A stretch of DNA of 63,986 nt, counting the filler, from Octopus bimaculoides (taxonomy: Eukaryota), in assembly GCF_001194135.2 (NCBI RefSeq). It is 6 parts of 5 records of this genome, joined end to end, with 100 filler letters (N's around TTAATTAATTAA, not from the genome) between each part and the next. Parts side by side here need not be neighbours in the genome. Positions count along the whole stretch, not along the records: positions 1 to 9,339 come from NC_068985.1; positions 9,440 to 33,037 come from NC_068993.1; 4 more parts are not named here. One strand, given 5' to 3'. The notes under the pieces were generated by a model. The model ran no database searches. It had not been told where the DNA came from and was given only the letters and a program-made list of their open reading frames with translations. The position numbers were made by a program, and so were the translations under genes. Shown in pieces: positions 1 through 13,639 of the stretch (the first letter of the stretch is position 1; the number at the start of each line of letters is the position of its first letter).

Positions 1-93
1 TGTGTATGTGTCTGTATACGTATGTGTGTGCGTGTGTGTATCTGTGTGTGTTTGCGTATGTATGTGAGTCTGTTTCCGCGTGTATGCCTGTGA

Positions 94-127
<34 letters not shown>

Positions 128-840
128 CTGCGAGTGTGTATGTGTGTGTGCCTGCATGTGTGCGTTTTTGATTGTACGTGTGTGTGTATGTATGTGTGTG
201 TACGTATGTATGTGCGTGTGCATATGTGTATCTGTGTGTGTATGTGCGTGTGTATTTGTGTGTGTGTCTGCTTATGTATGTGAGTCTGTTTCCGCGTGTG
301 TGTATATGTGTCTGTGTGTGTGTGTCTGCGTGTGTGTATGTGTCTGTGTATGTGTGTGTGTGTGTGTATGTGTGTGTGACTGCGTGTGCCTGCGTGTGTG
401 TGTGCGTGCACGTGCGTGTGTATCTGATTGTGTATAGTCTTATACTTCTAGAAAACTTAGACGGATTTGAAAGTCATATAAAGATTTTCTACTCCTGCCG
501 TCGTAAAATACACACAACGAGAAGGTTCTTTCCTGTTTACCATTGGTTTGCACACGCGAACACACACACACACACACAAAGATACATGTGCACAAAAAAC
601 GCAAATACACTCATAAGCACACACGCACACGCGCAGACACACACACACACACACACAAGCCTTAACACATTCACTGTCTCTCTCTCTCTCTCGCACGCGC
701 GGTCATATAAGCACATACACGCATTGACACGCGCACACACAGACGTTCACTGACGCATAAACACGTACACATTCACACACTCGCACACACACACACACAC
801 ATACACGCACAGGAACACACACACACACACACACACACAT
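1..840. repeat. Degenerate (TG)n tract (1-430) followed by (CA)n tract (550-840)
   Basis: Dinucleotide repeats read directly; they produce the spurious CVCV/HTHT ORFs. Confidence 0.95.
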
Positions 841-2619
841 AAACGATGCTATTTTTGATAACATCGGCCTTGTTTGATATCTGTCTCGGATCTTATCGTA
901 ATATTATGCAGTAATATATTTGGTGGGGTTTTGTATTTTTTTTATAGTTGTTTTTTGTTTTTTGTTATTTAAATCTTTCACAGAAGGTCGTTCTTGTCAA
1001 TAATTCTGAACTATTCTTGTATTTTATATAAGAATGAAGTCTAATAACTTCCACAGTCAGAATGGATGTTTTTTTCAGAGTGTGTACCGTGCTTTCGTTA
1101 ATTATATTANNNNNNNNNNNNNNNNNNNNNNNNNNNNNNNNNNNNNNNNNNNNNNNNNNNNNNNNNNNNNNNNNNNNNNNNNNNNNNNNNNNNNNNNNNN
1201 NNNNNNNNNNNNNNNNNNNNNNNNNNNNNNNNNNNNNNNNNNNNNNNNNNNNNNNNNNNNNNNNNNNNNNNNNNNNNNNNNNNNNNNNNNNNNNNNNNNN
1301 NNNNNNNNNNNNNNNNNNNNNNNNNNNNNNNNNNNNNNNNNNNNNNNNNNNNNNNNNNNNNNNNNNNNNNNNNNNNNNNNNNNNNNNNNNNNNNNNNNNN
1401 NNNNNNNNNNNNNNNNNNNNNNNNNNNNNNNNNNNNNNNNNNNNNNNNNNNNNNNNNNNNNNNNNNNNNNNNNNNNNNNNNNNNNNNNNNNNNNNNNNNN
1501 NNNNNNNNNNNNNNNNNNNNNNNNNNNNNNNNNNNNNNNNNNNNNNNNNNNNNNNNNNNNNNNNNNNNNNNNNNNNNNNNNNNNNNNNNNNNNNNNNNNN
1601 NNNATATATAATCCATGTGATACGGAGACAAAGAAAATTTATTAACATATCTTATCTTAGTGTATGTGTGTGTGTCGTACGATATTCTTTGTAATTGTCG
1701 CACAAGGCTAGCAATTTTAAGGGGAGGGGGTGATTGACTACATCGTCTAACTGGCACTTATTTTATCGACCACAACAAGATTCGAACTCAGGCCGCAGGG
1801 AACCGGGAAAGAACAACGTAACGCATCCTCTCCGGCGTCCTGGTGGCTTTGCCTATGTGGGAGTATTGCAGGTGTGTGTACGTGTATGCGTGTATGTGTC
1901 TGTGTGTGTGCGGTGCGTGTATGTGTGTATAAGTGTGTGCGAACGATAGCAGTATTTTTACATATATGTAGTAAATATGCTTTAACACTCATTAAGAAGA
2001 CGCTGTAACGACAAGGTGTTTCGCATCGTTATCAAGAAGTTAGCATTCATTATCTGGTTGTGACTGGAAATGTTACTTATCTATTTAGATACAGAGTATC
2101 ATATATATATATATATANNNNNNNNNNNNNNNNNNNNNNNNNNNNNNNNNNNNNNNNNNNNNNNNNNNNNNNNNNNNNNNNNNNNNNNNNNNNNNNNNNN
2201 NNNNNNNNNNNNNNNNNNNNNNNNNNNNNNNNNNNNNNNNNNNNNNNNNNNNNNNNNNNNNNNNNNNNNNNNNNNNNNNNNNNNNNNNNNNNNNNNNNNN
2301 NNNNNNNNNNNNNNNNNNNNNNNNNNNNNNNNNNNNNNNNNNNNNNNNNNNNNNNNNNNNNNNNNNNNNNNNNNNNNNNNNNNNNNNNNNNNNNNNNNNN
2401 NNNNNNNNNNNNNNNNNNNNNNNNNNNNNNNNNNNNNNNNNNNNNNNNNNNNNNNNNNNNNNNNNNNNNNNNNNNNNNNNNNNNNNNNNNNNNNNNNNNN
2501 NNNNNNNNNNNNNNNNNNNNNNNNNNNNNNNNNNNNNNNNNNNNNNNNNNNNNNNNNNNNNNNNNNNNNNNNNNNNNNNNNNNNNNNATATATATATATA
2601 TATATATATATAATGCACA

Positions 2620-3290
2620 TTAAGTACAGAACATCACCAACAAACGAAAAACATGTAAACACACGAGAGATAAGTACAGGATAAAATACAAAAAATACAC
2701 AATAAGAACAGGACATCAACAACGAGTGTAAAATACGTAAACACATAACGAGAGACAAGTACGGGACAAAATACCAAAAGAAGTCGAACTCCTCCTCAGT
2801 TGTCGACTGTTTATTTATTACTCCCTATTTCGAGCTTTCAACGACAAGATAGGAAAACTTCATAAGACAGCAGCGTCCAGAAATTTTTAAAATATAAAAT
2901 TTGTGGAGAGTTACGGCTTCGAACGAACAAACAGCAACAGAGTGGACGTACGGAGTAAACAATTGAAGAAGACAAAGATTAAGGGCCGTTAGGCCAAGAT
3001 GCATTGCAATGGGTAACGCCTGGGAGAAATTTGGAAAGGATGTGGAATAAATAGAAGAGAAATAGTAGAAGAGAAAAGGTGTCGAGAAGCGAGAGAAATG
3101 ACGTCCAGCCGGATGGACGTCGTGTTCAAAAGAGACAGAGTTGAGAGAAATGGTTGTAGTCACGTGTGAGCAAACAGGCAGATGGGAAGAGGTAAAGAGA
3201 GAGGATGAGGAGAAGAAACAAAGGGAGTGAAGAGAAGGGAGAAGGAACGAAATATAGTAGGGAGTGGAAGAAAGACAGGTGACAGCAAAG
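2620..3290. mobile_element. Probable decayed interspersed repeat, Penelope-like terminal region
   Basis: Purine-rich, non-coding, starts next to a (TA)n/gap. Organisation resembles 7700-8090. Family assignment is by impression only. Confidence 0.3.
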
Positions 3291-3654
3291 AACGAATATA
3301 TATATATATATATCCCTCCATATTTTTTCCGTTTTTTCCCTCCTCGTAATCCTTTCTGTCAAAGACCGTAAGCTCGATAGAATAAGCACCAGGCTTTAAA
3401 AACATAAATACTGGGGTCTGTATTTTAAAACTGAAAGGTCCTACGGAGGGCTCGTCCCTTTCACTGGTCCATGCATACATATACATACATACATGTGTGT
3501 GTATATCTTATATATATCTTCCAGATGTCAACCCCCACCCACAGAGAATGTTCTTTGGGATACAGCCATATATTATACGTACACACGTATATATATGTTT
3601 GCATACATATATGCGTACATGAACTCATGTATACATACATACACAAACACACGC

Positions 3655-3686
<32 letters not shown>

Positions 3687-3947
3687 GAACACACACATAC
3701 ACAAATGTATGTGGGTGTGTGTGTGTGTGTACGTGCGTGTAAGGAAGCATGTACTTGCACGTGAACTATTACGGCATTGCGCATTTACCATTGTAACTTA
3801 AAACTTTAAAAACATCGAAAATTGATACAATTTTATAATCTTACTTAAATGATAAAGATGCATATACATACATACATACATACATACATACATACATGTG
3901 TGTGTGTGTGTATACGTGTATATATATATACATGTATGTATGTATAC

Positions 3948-3978
<31 letters not shown>

Positions 3979-5266
3979 NNNNNNNNNNNNNNNNNNNNNN
4001 NNNNNNNNNNNNNNNNNNNNNNNNNNNNNNNNNNNNNNNNNNNNNNNNNNNNNNNNNNNNNNNNNNNNNNNNNNNNNNNNNNNNNNNNNNNNNNNNNNNN
4101 NNNNNNNNNNNNNNNNNNNNNNNNNNNNNNNNNNNNNNNNNNNNNNNNNNNNNNNNNNNNNNNNNNNNNNNNNNNNNNNNNNNNNNNNNNNNNNNNNNNN
4201 NNNNNNNNNNNNNNNNNNNNNNNNNNNNNNNNNNNNNNNNNNNNNNNNNNNNNNNNNNNNNNNNNNNNNNNNNNNNNNNNNNNNNNNNNNNNNNNNNNNA
4301 TATATATATATATATATATACTTTAATGAAAATTTATCATTTCACCTGACATTTAAATCTATTTATGAAGATAGGTGTTCTCGCCGTGACCATCTCGTAT
4401 TTTTTAAGAATTTTCTCGAACTACGTTAGTCTATATACCTTTCATGTGACCTAAAATGTAAATAGAGGGTATGGTTGGTATTTTTCGAAATCCGTGTGAC
4501 CTCGAAGAGATTGTCTCATTGGCTCGCCGACGTGTAAATGAAATAAGGTTGCGTATGTGCTACAAAACTTTCAGTGTAAATTTCAAACCCAAGAATCGTG
4601 GACTGATAAAATAAATACTCTGTGCATTAACATACTTTACCGTGAGGACGGCCATTGTTGATGATATTATAATCTTATGTTAATGACATGTTAATGATAA
4701 ACAAGTCAATTTTATGCTAATCATTTTACTTTGGAATACCTCCCAATCACAACAACAAACACCAGATCCACAAATAATACTGCCAGCTCATGAAAAAGCT
4801 TCTACTTGGTTGATTAGTCTGCCTAAATGGCTGCAAATATCCTACTATAGTGCTTTTCAACTTGGACAATATCACTGCCACAAGGTGTAGTAGGATTCTT
4901 TAAGTCGAGTCAAAGGATATCAGGAGTAGAAGAAGAACGAGATGGTTGAATAATATCTCAGTTGGCCATGGGAATCCAGCCGAAAAGTGTGATGACGGTT
5001 GCCTGAGGACTTTACGGTCAAGACCCTCCCAGAAATAGTGAGGGAAGAAGATGGATAGATACTGGGGTCAAAGAGCGCAATAGAAGGGCGATAGATGCAT
5101 CTCAACAGTTCTGTTACCCTTTAAGTACTAACTTTAAAATAAAATCAAAGTAAATTTATGACAATCGTTTGGTAGCCACAGTTACAACAATAACCATAGC
5201 AATGATGACATGATTAATAACACTTCGAGATATATACTATCTATGCTTATAATATTTACTTACAGT

Positions 5267-5483
5267 AAGGCAGCGAGCTGGCGGAAACGTTAGCACGCAG
5301 GGCGAAATACTTAGCAGTATCTCGTCTGCCTTTGCGTTCTGAGTTCAAATTCCGCCGAGGTCGACTTTGCCTTTTATCCCTTTCGGGGTCGATAAATTAA
5401 GTACCAGTTGCGTACTAGGGTTGATCTAATCGACTGGCCGCCTCCCCCAAAAAATTTCGGGCCTTATGCCTAGGGTAGAAAAG
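5267..5483 (+). mobile_element. tRNA-derived SINE (family A) with target-site duplication
   Basis: Head with B-box-like GAGTTCAAATTCC. Flanked by AATATTTACTTACAGT (5251-5266) and AATATTTACTTATAGT (5484-5499). Homologous copies at 41772, 52233 and 63788. Confidence 0.9.
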
Positions 5484-6558
5484 AATATTTACTTATAGTG
5501 AGGTATATTGACACTACATGTGGTAAGTAGTCATTTGCATCAAACTAGTAACTGGAACTAAATTACTCTGGCCTAATATTACGTGTGTGTGTATCTTGAG
5601 GATATTGGTGTTTGTTTCGAGAAAAGACGTTATTTTAAGCAATCCCACCTGTTCCTAAATCTTTGTTTTCGTCCTCATTCCCCCCCCCCTCCCCTATGCT
5701 TTTCTCATTCTTCTGACGAAGGACTAACAACAAAGGGATGAAGTTAGTGTTAACATTTAAAAATTTATCTAGAATTTGTTATTCAGAGGAGAAAAACTTT
5801 AATCAAAAAGCTTCTTCACAGAGTCTGTTTTCTGATATCTACGTCTGAAATCTACGTCTGAAATCTACCAGAGGATACACAGAAGTATCTTTCACAGGTC
5901 GTGCCTTTAATCATGACTTGAACTATTTCATTAGTAATAGCAAACAAGACAAGCTCTACTGAATAGGAAGTCAGTGACTGGAAAATCCGATCTGAGGTCT
6001 GGCTTCAATCGCAGATGTGAAGCCATTTCACTTTGTTTTTAATGGCATTACTCCATCTGGAAAATGGTATGAACATCACAGCTTCACGTTCCATACCCGA
6101 TTTCTATAATGCTAAACTAATAAAAGATAACTCTCTTTAAAAAAGACGTTGGTCTATTTGAGAAAAAACAACTCTACTATTTCATTACTCGTTGGTTCTT
6201 CTAGAAAAATTAATGAACCAACACACATTAATCAGACAAATACAGGTATATCGAGTACCATATAATACAAATGTTTGCTTTAACAAAACGATCTGTCTTC
6301 TTGTCTCCTAACAATAAACTTATCCTTTTCTTTAATAGCATGTCTTGCAAACAACTGATATGACGCCCTGCTTGCTAGATCAACTGGTTATTAAATAAAA
6401 CTCAATATTTCTCTAGCCATCGCTCATCGTCTCTTGAGCGAATACTTGAATCCTGAGATTACCGCCCCCTTCATATGGAGAGCTGTTATTTGGTATTTAT
6501 GACATAGCCTCTTGAAGCAGAGATAATTTTTAATAAATCAAATTTATGTTGTATAGTA

Positions 6559-7047
6559 GGCGCAGGAGTGGCTGTGTGGTAAGTAGCTTGCTTACCAACC
6601 ACATGGTTCCGGGTTCATTCCCATTGCGTGGCATCTTGGGCAAGTGTCTTCTACTATAGCCTCGGGCCTTCCAAAGCCTTGTGAGTGGATTTGGTAGACG
6701 GAAACTGAAAGAAGCCTGTCGTATATATGTATATATATANNNNNNNNNNNNNNNNNNNNNNNNNNNNNNNNNNNNNNNNNNNNNNNNNNNNNNNNNNNNN
6801 NNNNNNNNNNNTGTGTGTGTGTGTGTATGTGTATATGTTTGTGTCTGTGTCTGTCCCCCCAACATCGCTTGACAACTGATGGTGGTGTGTTTACGTCCCC
6901 CGTAACTTAGCGGTTCGGCAAAAAGAGACCGATAGAATAAGCACTAGGCTTCCAAAGAATAAAGTCCTGGGGTCAATTTGCTCGACTAAAGGCGGTGCTC
7001 CAGCATGGCCGCAGTCAAATGACTGAAACAAATAAAAGAGTAACGAG
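6559..7047 (+). mobile_element. tRNA-derived SINE (family B) with internal TA/TG microsatellite
   Basis: Head GGCGCAGGAGTGGCTGTGTGGTAAG with B-box-like GGTTCATTCCC; tail ...CAGCATGGCCGCAGTCAAATGACTGAAAC. Copies at 50590, 53285 and a head at 24355-24432 (-). Confidence 0.9.
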
Positions 7048-7600
7048 TAGTATTTGATATATACTGTATTTGTCTATCTGTTCATATACATGCTACTGTC
7101 CTTTCTGAGCTATTTCTCTTCGCTCATTTTTTGTTTATATATCAATCAGCCCAGTTTATTGACTCACTCAACTTCGGTTGTATCTTGGTTTGTATGAAAA
7201 GGTAGTAGCTGAATCAAAGCTATATTGTAGACATTAGTCAGATGAAAGGTGAGCTGTATATAATCAACTGTTGTACTATATAAAAGCCGAAGCCTCATAA
7301 TTATTATGGTAGCATTACATGACAGTCTACTATAGCATGAACTGCAGTTAACCATGTTGTTAACTAAACAATGAAAGACATACTATTTTAGAAACGATAA
7401 TACTATAATTGTAACACAAGCAAGTGATACTCCATAATCGTTATATAGATAGAAGCCAGAGCGATTCAAGCATGAACTTCTTTCCTGCTGAAACTCAAAA
7501 CAGTTGAAAATCTTGTCACAAATACACCAAATGCTATCACAATTTTTTCCATATCATTTCGCATTATTTTGGTCATATATTCATGAATATGTATGTATAT

Positions 7601-7634
<34 letters not shown>

Positions 7635-8007
7635 ACATAAATAATATATAAATAAATGCTAATATCCATACATATATGTACATGCCTACATCTATATGTA
7701 TACATACATGCATATATGGGTACAGGACATCACAATAAACGTTAAACACAATGAGAAACGAAAACATGAAGACGAAGACAGAAAAAGAACTTTTTTTCGT
7801 GCAACGAAAAAAACAGAGAAACGAGACATGCAACATAAAGAATATTTCCCTTCTTCAGTTGTCCCTGTTCCATCTACTCACTCATATTATATATATATAT
7901 ATATAAGTTCAAAAAAAGGAAAAAGACAAAAAACAATAACAAAAAACAACAACGTGAGAACGTGATACAGATGGTGTTACTAGACGCTCGGGAAAGGAAA
8001 GAGAGAG

Positions 8008-8045
8008 AGTATGACGTTTCGAGCGGAGCTCTTCGTCGGAAACTA
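8008..8045 (-). ncRNA. Minimal hammerhead-like motif, degenerate (U4>C), in a Penelope-like repeat end
   Basis: Minus strand AGTTT CCGACGA A GAGC-TCC-GCTC GAAA CGT C ATACT; palindromic ACGT helix III. Confidence 0.4.
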
Positions 8046-8507
8046 GGAAAGTTCAAAGAAGAGAAAAACGGAGGAAGAAAAAATCGGCACCGATATATAT
8101 ATATATGTGAATGTATATGTATGTATGTATGTGACTAATGCAAAGAGGAAAGAATTTTCAAACTGGTGAACTAGCCAGAGTTCTTGTAACGGAATGGCTT
8201 TGATAAAGGCACCCGTGGTGCCAAGTGGCTGACGACGGATTAAGTCTAGCACCCATATCATGCTATGGCAGGATTTGAACTCGGAGCGAAAAGAGAATAA
8301 ACATATTCCACAAGATATCCGGTCCGATGTTTTTACAGTTCCGCCAACCTACGGCCCTGAATTGGCATTTATTTATCGACTCCGAAATCAAATTCCAAAT
8401 TGGTAATCCCAGCATAGCCGCAGTCAAATGAATGAAACCAGTAAGAGAATAATAAAAAAAAATTGTTGGATGCTCTACCGATTTTCTGTTCCTCAACCAT
8501 ACACACA

Positions 8508-8573
<66 letters not shown>

Positions 8574-8679
8574 NNNNNNNNNNNNNNNNNNNNNNNNNNN
8601 NNNNNNNNNNNNNNNNNNNNNNNNNNNNNNNNNNNNNNNNNNNNNNNNNNNNNNNNNNNNNNNNNNNNNNNNNNNNNNN

Positions 8680-8733
<54 letters not shown>

Positions 8734-9208
8734 GGCGGGTACAAAAACAAGTAAGCAAGAATTGAAAAAGGAAAATAAATAAATAATAATGATATATATA
8801 AAATTAAAAGAAAGAGCAGCAGAACACACAAATAGGTGTTTCTCTCTCTAAACTAGAGAGAGCTTGCTCTCCAATATAATGATTTCTTTAACCTAAAAAA
8901 AGAAAACGATATCGAATGAGTTTTATCATACATTGCACAATAATAAAATCTGTTTATAATTTAAGAAGAAATAAGTTGAATGCCCAATCGAACCGAATTC
9001 ACAAGTGCATTATTATGAACAACGCCCAATACGCTCTTCTGTTTACGTAGAGACGAAAGATGTTGAGAAATTGTTGTGCAAATTGTTTATAACCGAAAGC
9101 AAACATACATTAGCGTTTCTTTAAATTCATAGTACGGATAGTGTTTGTTGAATTTGCTTACCGAATCCAGTTTGCGTTCTGTCAGACAAGCTGTTGTTTC
9201 TGTACGTG

Positions 9209-9252
<44 letters not shown>

Positions 9253-9339
9253 GGATATACATGGTGACAAACAGATAAATATGAATAGATATAGATAATG
9301 CATACATATCACATACGTGTGTGTATACATGCATACATA

Positions 9340-9439
9340 NNNNNNNNNNNNNNNNNNNNNNNNNNNNNNNNNNNNNNNNNNNNTTAATTAATTAANNNNN
9401 NNNNNNNNNNNNNNNNNNNNNNNNNNNNNNNNNNNNNNN
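9340..9439. other. Artificial contig-join spacer N44-TTAATTAATTAA-N44
   Basis: Exactly 44 N + 12-mer (stops in all six frames) + 44 N; same motif occurs five times. Confidence 0.97.
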
Positions 9440-10140
9440 CCAAAATCTTTTTCGGGCGGCTTTGGGCGGTTTGGTAACGAAAGGAATCCAAGTGGGAAGG
9501 AAGAATACAAAAAAACATTTTGACTTAGCCAGACCAAACAGGCTAGTAATTAATTCTAAGCAGAATTTTAACTGTCACTGATTTTATTTTATTTTATTTT
9601 TGTTTCATCTCATCAGACCTAGTGATTTAAAGCTTAAGAGGGCACCAGCCTTTTCCTTATAAGGAAAGGGAAGGGGTAAACAATATACATGGATATAGTT
9701 ATAAAGATTCTTTTGGTTTTAGTGACACCACTATTATAGGTTGGAGGAGTTTTACTACTAGCAGACCAGTTTATAATGTAGCAGGGGAAGTTTAACATAA
9801 GGAACCTAGGTCAACAGTGTCAAAAAAAAAATTGCTATATATGTACAGATACAGTATGTCTTTATTTATAGATTTCATTAATCAGAATAATGTATCAGTA
9901 TTGTTTTACATATACTAAGTATGGAAACTTTGAGATACCAATATTAGCTTAATTAATATGTGAATAATAGTGATGTAATTAATCAATACATTCAGTATGC
10001 AAAACCATGAAGTAGTGTTAATTTAAAAAGCTTTGGTAAAGTCTAAAAGAACCATAGATAAGATGTGAAGTTAAAATTTTTTTATATATATTGGACAAAA
10101 AATTATTTAAAATTATTTAAAAATTTAAATTAAAGCTAAT

Positions 10141-10640
10141 ATATCTAATATTATTTAAAAGACACATGAGAGATAAAATTTATTTTATAACTACTATAAA
10201 AGAATTGATACATAGGATTTACACGGTTTATAATGATGGACTCATTAAGGTTTAAGAAACTGGTAAAATGAATGATTGGAATTAACATAGAATATAATGG
10301 TGAAAATTATATATCTAATATCATATTTAATGGACACATAAGGTATAAAATTTATTTTATGTAAAGAATTGATGCATAAGGATTTACATAGTTTATAATG
10401 ATGGACTCATCAAGGTTTAAGAAACTGGTTAAGTGAATGATTGGAATTAACATAGAATTATAATGGTGAAAATTAAAACTTATATATCTAATATCATTCA
10501 AGGACACATAAGACATAAAATTTATTTTATAACTAATGTAAAGAATTAATATATAGGATTTACATAGTTTATAATAATGGGCTCATCAAGGTTTAAGAAA
10601 CTAATAAAATGAATGGTTGGAATTAACAAAGAATACAATA
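10141..10640. repeat. AT-rich tandem repeat, about 3 x 170-173 bp
   Basis: Unit start ATATCTAATA at 10141, 10311 and 10484; shared GGTTTAAGAAACT and GGAATTAACA blocks. Confidence 0.9.
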
Positions 10641-11364
10641 GCAGTCCAAGCAATTAATAGAGAACATGATAATTATGTACTAGTTTAATTACACTATCTT
10701 AAATAATCAGGAACTTGTGTTAACTAGTACATAATAATCAGGAACTTGTGTTAACAAGTGCATAATAATAATGGAACAAGAATTAGATTTATTTAAGTCA
10801 ACCATAGAATAACAGTAACAATACCACTACAAGCCATGGAATAATGGAATAATAAGGATCTTATAGAGTCAGGCATTAAATAAAATTTACAAGGTTTGAA
10901 AACTAATTAAAGACTATTAAGAACTTTCAAAACATCCTATTCTTTTAATTTAAATAAAATAAAAATAAGTAAGATACATACTAAAACTAACAGCAATAGT
11001 AGAAGTGATGTGAAAAAATATACTATCCATGGATAAAGTTGAAATTTTAGTTATCACAGGAAGATTATACATTAAGGTGAGAGATCAAAAATATATTATA
11101 AAGGCTCAATTTCAATTTAAATATGTGCTAATTAATTATCCAATTTCCTGTTCACCATGCAATATTTTCCAACTGATTGTGACCAATACCAACATCAAAC
11201 TATGACACTACGTGACCTTCCTCGACCAATCGCAGCCCACTTTACAGTAATAACAATCAACTTCTGTCATTCAAATTTAAAATGCTTGAAAATCAATAGT
11301 ACCAACTAATTTGAATGAAACTGTTTTGTTCCTTACATGTGCGTGCACGTGTGTGTATACCAGC

Positions 11365-12237
11365 TATAGATAATGCAGACACAAATTCAGCTACTGGCCC
11401 CTGTGGATTCCCAACAATCTTTCTGCAATAATACAAATGAGCTCCTGCAAACCCACTGCAGCTTCTTTTTCTGAGCTTTTTTGCAAATGGCAAGCTCCCA
11501 ACCAAACTGAAGTAGGGAATAATATGCACTATTCATAAAGGAGGAAACAGAGCTGATGTTAAAAGCTATAGGCCTATCTCTCTGACCTCACATATCAGCA
11601 AAGTCATGAAATGAATAGTCAGAAGAAAGCTAGTTGCACTCCTTGAAGAGAATGACTTGCTGACTGTCACCCAGCATGGGTTTCAATCAGGTAGAAGCTG
11701 CCTGACACAGCTCTTGCAGCACTGTGACTGAGTGCTAAAGCAGCTATTCAACAACTCAAATGTGGACATGATATATATCGACTTTGCAAAAGTTTTTTGG
11801 TAAAGTTGACCATGGTATAATGTCACAAGCTGCATAATTTTGGCATTGTTGGAAAATTTGGAGAATGGCTACATGACTTTCTAAAAGACAGAAGGAAATG
11901 CAAATAATGAATGCTGTCCCACAAGGCGCTCTCTTGGACAAACTGCTATTCATTGTGACCCTCTCAGACATGCCCTCAACAGCTCGGATAACCATCCTTG
12001 CTAGCTATGCAGATGATAGAAAAGTCTCTCAGAGGATACAGAATCCTGGAGATGTTGTGCATCTTCAATAGGAGTTGGATGCAATATATAAGTGGGCTGC
12101 GGAAAATAACATGGAGTTTAATACTAGAAAATTTCAAGTCCTGTACTACCAACACATGAAGCTGAATGACTAGGAGACAGGATACACAGGCCTAGGAGGC
12201 ATTGCAATCCCTGAATCAAAACCAGTGCATGACCTGA
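11365..12237 (+). mobile_element. CR1-clade LINE reverse transcriptase fragment (pseudogenised)
   Basis: Translates to IHKGGNRADVKSYRPISLTS, QHGF.SGRSCLTQLL, YIDFAK, VPQG, SYADD, with stops, frameshifts and a deletion. Confidence 0.9.
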
Positions 12238-13639
12238 GAGCAGTAATCTAAATGGCTGAGGATATATATTTCCTCCAAAGGACCATCATGGTTTCCTGTT
12301 TGCTCATTCTGAAAGTTCAGAGGAACCATCCAGAAAGCATGTTATAGCCAAATTAATAAGATGCACCTGGAAAGATGCATCATTACACATGTCAATGCCC
12401 AGGTCATGCACTGATTTCGTTTTAGGGATTCTTAAATGTTTATAGAATAGTATGAGTTCTATGCTTTTATGTTTGTATGTAGATTAGAACAGTACGATTT
12501 CTTATATGCTTCTGTGTTTATATGATAATATGTAGCTCGAATAACACAATTTATGATATTATATTGCTTTGAGTGTATTAATAAAAATTTTAATAGACAT
12601 GAGTTTAGATATTAACATCACATTAAAATAGCATCCATCTTTGTCAATACATTAGATAGAAATAGTCTGTTTACATAATCTGATTCAAGGTGAAAAATGG
12701 AAGCTAAATCTGAATTTTTGTCTTACTTTATTCTAATGTACTTCTAGTTAATGCCTTCTCCATTCAGCATTTCCAGCCACACCTTATATTTTTAAATGAT
12801 AATATGTAACATAGAATAGTATGAGTTTTTCTATGTTTGTATGTAAGTATATAGATTAGAATGGTATGATTTCTTCTATGCTTTTATGATATGTAACTTG
12901 AATAGTACAATTTATATGGCTTTGGGTGTATTAATAATAATAGTATCAATAGAAATATTAATGTTACGTTAAAATGGCATCAATCTTTGCTAACACGTTA
13001 TGCCTGCCTGACCACCCCCACCGTCTCATCTAAACATATATGACTTTCTTTCTTAGCTAACCATGCTCCTATTCTGTGAGTAGAGGTTCCCCCACTCTTG
13101 TACCCATACACTTGTGTGCATGTGCCTGTCAGAGTACTGTATAAGTGTATGTGTGCACTTATGTGAACCCTATATATATATATATATTTATGTCAGTGTG
13201 GATCTTTGTGCTTAAGGGCATGTATGTATATATTTACATCTAAGTGTATGCTTATGTGGACTGCACATTCATATGTGTATTTGGGTTTATGTGTGGATGA
13301 ATGGTTTAAAGTATATATATGTATGTATATGTGTGTTCGTATGTATTAATATGAAAAATTCATACTGTACTGTGTAGTGTTTAATATATGTAAACATATA
13401 TGATATATGTATATATAAACATAAGATTAATACCGAGTATATGTATACATATATAGACATATAAGGCGACTTTCATGCCCTTCTTACCCCTCTCTTTACT
13501 GCCCTTTAATCTGGATGCTGTATGGGAGTGAGAAAATTCTAACCAAGGTTCTACACTACCTAGAAAATGTTTGCACGGATCTTCTTTTCAGATACACATA
13601 AAAGCCTCACAACAACTAGCTTTGCATTGTCCCATCCAA

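Noticed and set aside
965-4429. ORFs of 140-230 aa spanning gaps (and similar ones throughout the window)
   Set aside because: They stay open only because N runs and TA/CA repeats lack stop codons.
5267-5360. tRNA gene (also other SINE heads)
   Set aside because: A/B-box-like motifs run into SINE bodies with tails and TSDs; no complete cloverleaf.
12440-13000. Diverged about 200-bp AT-rich duplication (12440-12660 versus 12810-13000)
   Set aside because: Old local duplication with no coding, structural or terminal hallmarks.
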